Below the pieces are notes generated by a model. That model saw only the letters and a program-made list of their open reading frames with translations. It was not told where the DNA came from and ran no database searches. A stretch of 63,266 nucleotides of DNA, counting the filler, from Rhabdomonas costata (Eukaryota), in assembly GCA_019059605.1 (NCBI GenBank). It is 32 parts of 32 records of this genome, joined end to end, with 100 filler letters (N's around TTAATTAATTAA, not from the genome) between each part and the next. Parts side by side here need not be neighbours in the genome. Positions count along the whole stretch, not along the records: positions 59,409 to 61,287 come from JAHMHO010007837.1; positions 61,388 to 63,266 come from JAHMHO010007838.1; 30 more parts are not named here. The stretch is one strand, 5' to 3'. Below are positions 60,526-63,266 of the stretch, piece after piece. The number at the start of each line of letters is the position of its first letter. The first letter of the stretch is position 1. Position numbers and translations under genes: made by a program.

Positions 60526-61738
60526 CAGCGAAACAGAGCGTGGCACAGTAAAAAGAAACGGTGAATGAACCGGTGGGGGTGCGTTGAAGGAGGGGTGGAA
60601 AGAGAAAGAGAAAGAGAAAGAAAAAAGTCGAGAACACGGCAACGGGAAGCGCTGAGAAGAAAAATGCGGGGCTGCTCTGAGAAGGTGGACACGGTATGCC
60701 AGTAATCAACTGACATAAGCTTTAAAAAGGATCCTCTCCTTCGGGAGAAAAATGGTAAACAATTCCGGTCATAAGGTATGAGTGTTTCCCGAGCGCAAGA
60801 TTCCGGTCCTTTCTTGAGCCCATTGCCTGGGACCCCCTCCCAAGGCACAATCCTCCCTCAATTCTTTCCCGCACGATGACCTCCCTTTAATCACTTGCGC
60901 AGTCTCCAGCAGAACGCAGAACGGAAAGAGTGGCCAATTTCGGCCATAAATGCTGCGGCCCAAAATCCATGGTGCTTTCATTTGTTGGAAATGCTTGTGC
61001 GCGTAACAGCGGGTTGAGGGGCATAATTGCACTTATGCCGCAGAACCTTGTCTTGAAGCATAACGACGCGACCCCATCAGATGACCTGAACCCAGAAGCC
61101 AGTGAAGAGCCCTGCTTGGTGCTATGCAGGCATTACAGCGCGTAACGACACATCTCACCGGAAATCCACAGAAAAATAATCGCAAGAAAAAGGTAGGTGT
61201 CAAAGAGCAAGAAACGTCAATGCAGCTCAGAGTGTTGTCCAGTCATTTCAGACGTCAGCGAAAGCGACACCAGGCGGCACTTGTCACNNNNNNNNNNNNN
61301 NNNNNNNNNNNNNNNNNNNNNNNNNNNNNNNTTAATTAATTAANNNNNNNNNNNNNNNNNNNNNNNNNNNNNNNNNNNNNNNNNNNNGGTTGGTGGGGTG
61401 CTCACAAAAGCCCTCAGTACTTCGGATTCGATGGCGAGAATGGAGGTGATTGATCCTGCATTCACTTCAGAGGAAACCTGAAGTGATTTCTGCAGACCAT
61501 GCGTACTATGTGCCTTTGCTTCTGCTTTGTGCAGTAGAGTCTTTTGTTGCGTGAAGGGGGACCGCCGACAACCACGAGAACACTGGGTGGGTTCTCCCAG
61601 GACATCCGTTTCACGAACAAGAAAACTGTTTCTGACGATGTGGAATGCGAGAAACGGCAGTTTTTTTTTACATGAGGAGGGCCCAAAAGTATCAGAGAAG
61701 CGGTCTAGTTGTGTAGTTCTGGGCGCGGGGACATGTAG

Positions 61739-61862
61739 GGAGGTGCTGTTTCGCCGCCTGATGGCCCTGGTGCAGCAGTTCGACCTGAAGCAGTTTCCCA
61801 ACCTGCCCTTCCTCCACCGCAATATCCTCAAAGCAGTGTCCGAGCTTCGAGCCCAGACCATT
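61739..61862 (+). CDS. Exon of an unknown protein
   Basis: GC3-rich segment EVLFRRLMALVQQFDLKQFPNLPFLHRNILKAVSELRAQTI bounded by AG and GTGCGC. Confidence 0.4.
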
Positions 61863-63266
61863 GTGCGCGCCTGTGTTACTATGCATTTGAGTGTGGACTG
61901 GTAATCTAATTCGAGAAAGCTCTATTTGTGTGAATTAGTGGGAGCCTTGTTAGTGACTATTTGAGGTTAAAGTGATGCGCAAGAGTTTTTTTTCCGACCT
62001 CTGCGACTTCGACGGGCCGACGCATAATGCATAATGTATGCCGTTCTCCTCATATTTGGTGTGGTGTGTCTTTTTGGGATAATGGTTTTGGGCTGTCTCC
62101 ATCGTTATCGTTATTTCCTGCGCTGTGGTTTGTGCTTAACAAATAACAAAAATAGCAAATGAAGAGGGGAGCAAGAATTAATAGGGCTACGAAATCCTAT
62201 CATATAGCGTTCATGTGTGTTCACCGCTTGCTGGTGGAAAACCTGGTACCAAAGTGCTGACAGCTTCGTTCGATATTCATTCAATGGAGGCTGACCTTTC
62301 CGTGCTAGCCCGCAGCTCCGTAGCCGCCCTCCTGGGGCTCACCCCAGCCCACCCCACTCCCGCAGCTACTGCGGCAGCGCCTGCAAGCTCTCCACCTGAC
62401 ACCACAAAGGCGACCCAGCACACCACCGCCCCTTCAGCGCAGGTCTGTGTTTGCATGTGTTTGTAGTACTGTGGGAAGGGATGGGGGAAGAGGAGGGCCA
62501 ACGGGTCTTGACCACGGATAGACCGCTGCGTGCGTGAAACGTTCCGTTATGTGGGATAAACATCTGAAGCCTATATCTGTACTGCTGTTGCCTGCGCCGG
62601 ACCTTGAAGCCGAGATACTTTCAGGGGGGAGCCCCCACACACACACTTGCCTTGCTCAGCCACTCCCCAAAACGTGTCTCAATTATCATTTTTGTTACCT
62701 TGTTATCACCTTTGTTTCCTCTTATACAGTCTGTGAACTTTGCTATTGTCTGGTGGGACCATTTAATTTTGGGAAACCACCTGAAAAAAGCAAGCATATT
62801 TTTTTTGCGGGGGTGGATGTCGTTGCACGCTACATACCATGCCATTGTTCTTCGCCGGTTTGTGCTGGGGAATATAATCTCAGTGTGGGTTTCTGAAGTC
62901 AGCTGAGCGATTATCCCCGCTACGCTTTCTTGCTTGCCTTTCTTGCCTTTCTCCAACACAGCCACCTTCGCCTTCCCCCGTGGGGCACCATGAGCCCCGG
63001 AAGCTCTCCCCATTCGAGAGGGAGCTGCTGCAGCTGGAGGAGCGGTGGGCCAGCCCGCCCTCCGCACCTGCGGAGCCCTCCTCAGGGGGAGGGGGCTTGG
63101 CAGGGGGCCTTGGGTCTCCTCATAGGTCTCCGGCAGCCCGCTCCGTGCCCCGCGCTGGCCTCTCCTCCCCGTCGAGCAAGCACCAGGTTTCCTATACTCT
63201 TGGCCTCCTCTTCAATATCAGAAGAATGTGCAGAGAGAGGGAGGGAGGAGGGAGGGAGGTGGCCAT

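Noticed and set aside
1885-61387. Regularly spaced TTAATTAATTAA repeats suggesting an array or CRISPR-like system
   Set aside because: Each is embedded in 44+44 Ns; it is an artificial six-frame-stop linker between contigs.
1-63266. rRNA, tRNA, spliced-leader RNA genes, CRISPR arrays, or complete non-conventional introns
   Set aside because: None recognised by eye. All introns with both ends anchored by homology are GT-AG or GC-AG. Most short ORFs in the track are shadow frames or intronic.

Overview
This is not a continuous locus. It is 32 unlinked contigs of about 1.87-1.88 kb joined by 31 identical artificial 100-nt linkers (N44-TTAATTAATTAA-N44, a stop in all six frames), so neighbourhood across linkers is meaningless. 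The DNA is from an intron-rich, repeat-rich eukaryote with mitochondrial catabolic enzymes; a euglenozoan/euglenid-like protist is my inference, not established. Most contigs start with a G/T-only tail or end with an A/C-only tail, and seven have terminal fold-back inversions, which points to whole-genome-amplified material. Recognisable gene fragments, spliced by eye: response-regulator receiver domain, AMP deaminase, three LRR proteins, RING protein, cyclase-associated region, VPS13-like, WD40, GH43-like propeller, Kelch, EGF-repeat protein, four-domain voltage-gated channel, glutaryl-CoA dehydrogenase, methylmalonyl-CoA mutase and BTB/BACK proteins. Mobile DNA includes Ty3/gypsy, DIRS-like and CRE-like remnants and a Merlin-like MITE with an 8-bp TSD. 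The most interesting observations are (1) an apparent LTR retrotransposon whose last ORF ends in a Dam-like N6-adenine methyltransferase domain directly followed by a polypurine tract and a TG...CA LTR, (2) an intronless 2OG-Fe(II) oxygenase-F-box-actin-like fusion ORF, and (3) GC-AG introns with weak, exon-AG-dependent donors. All homology calls come from motif recognition without database searches.
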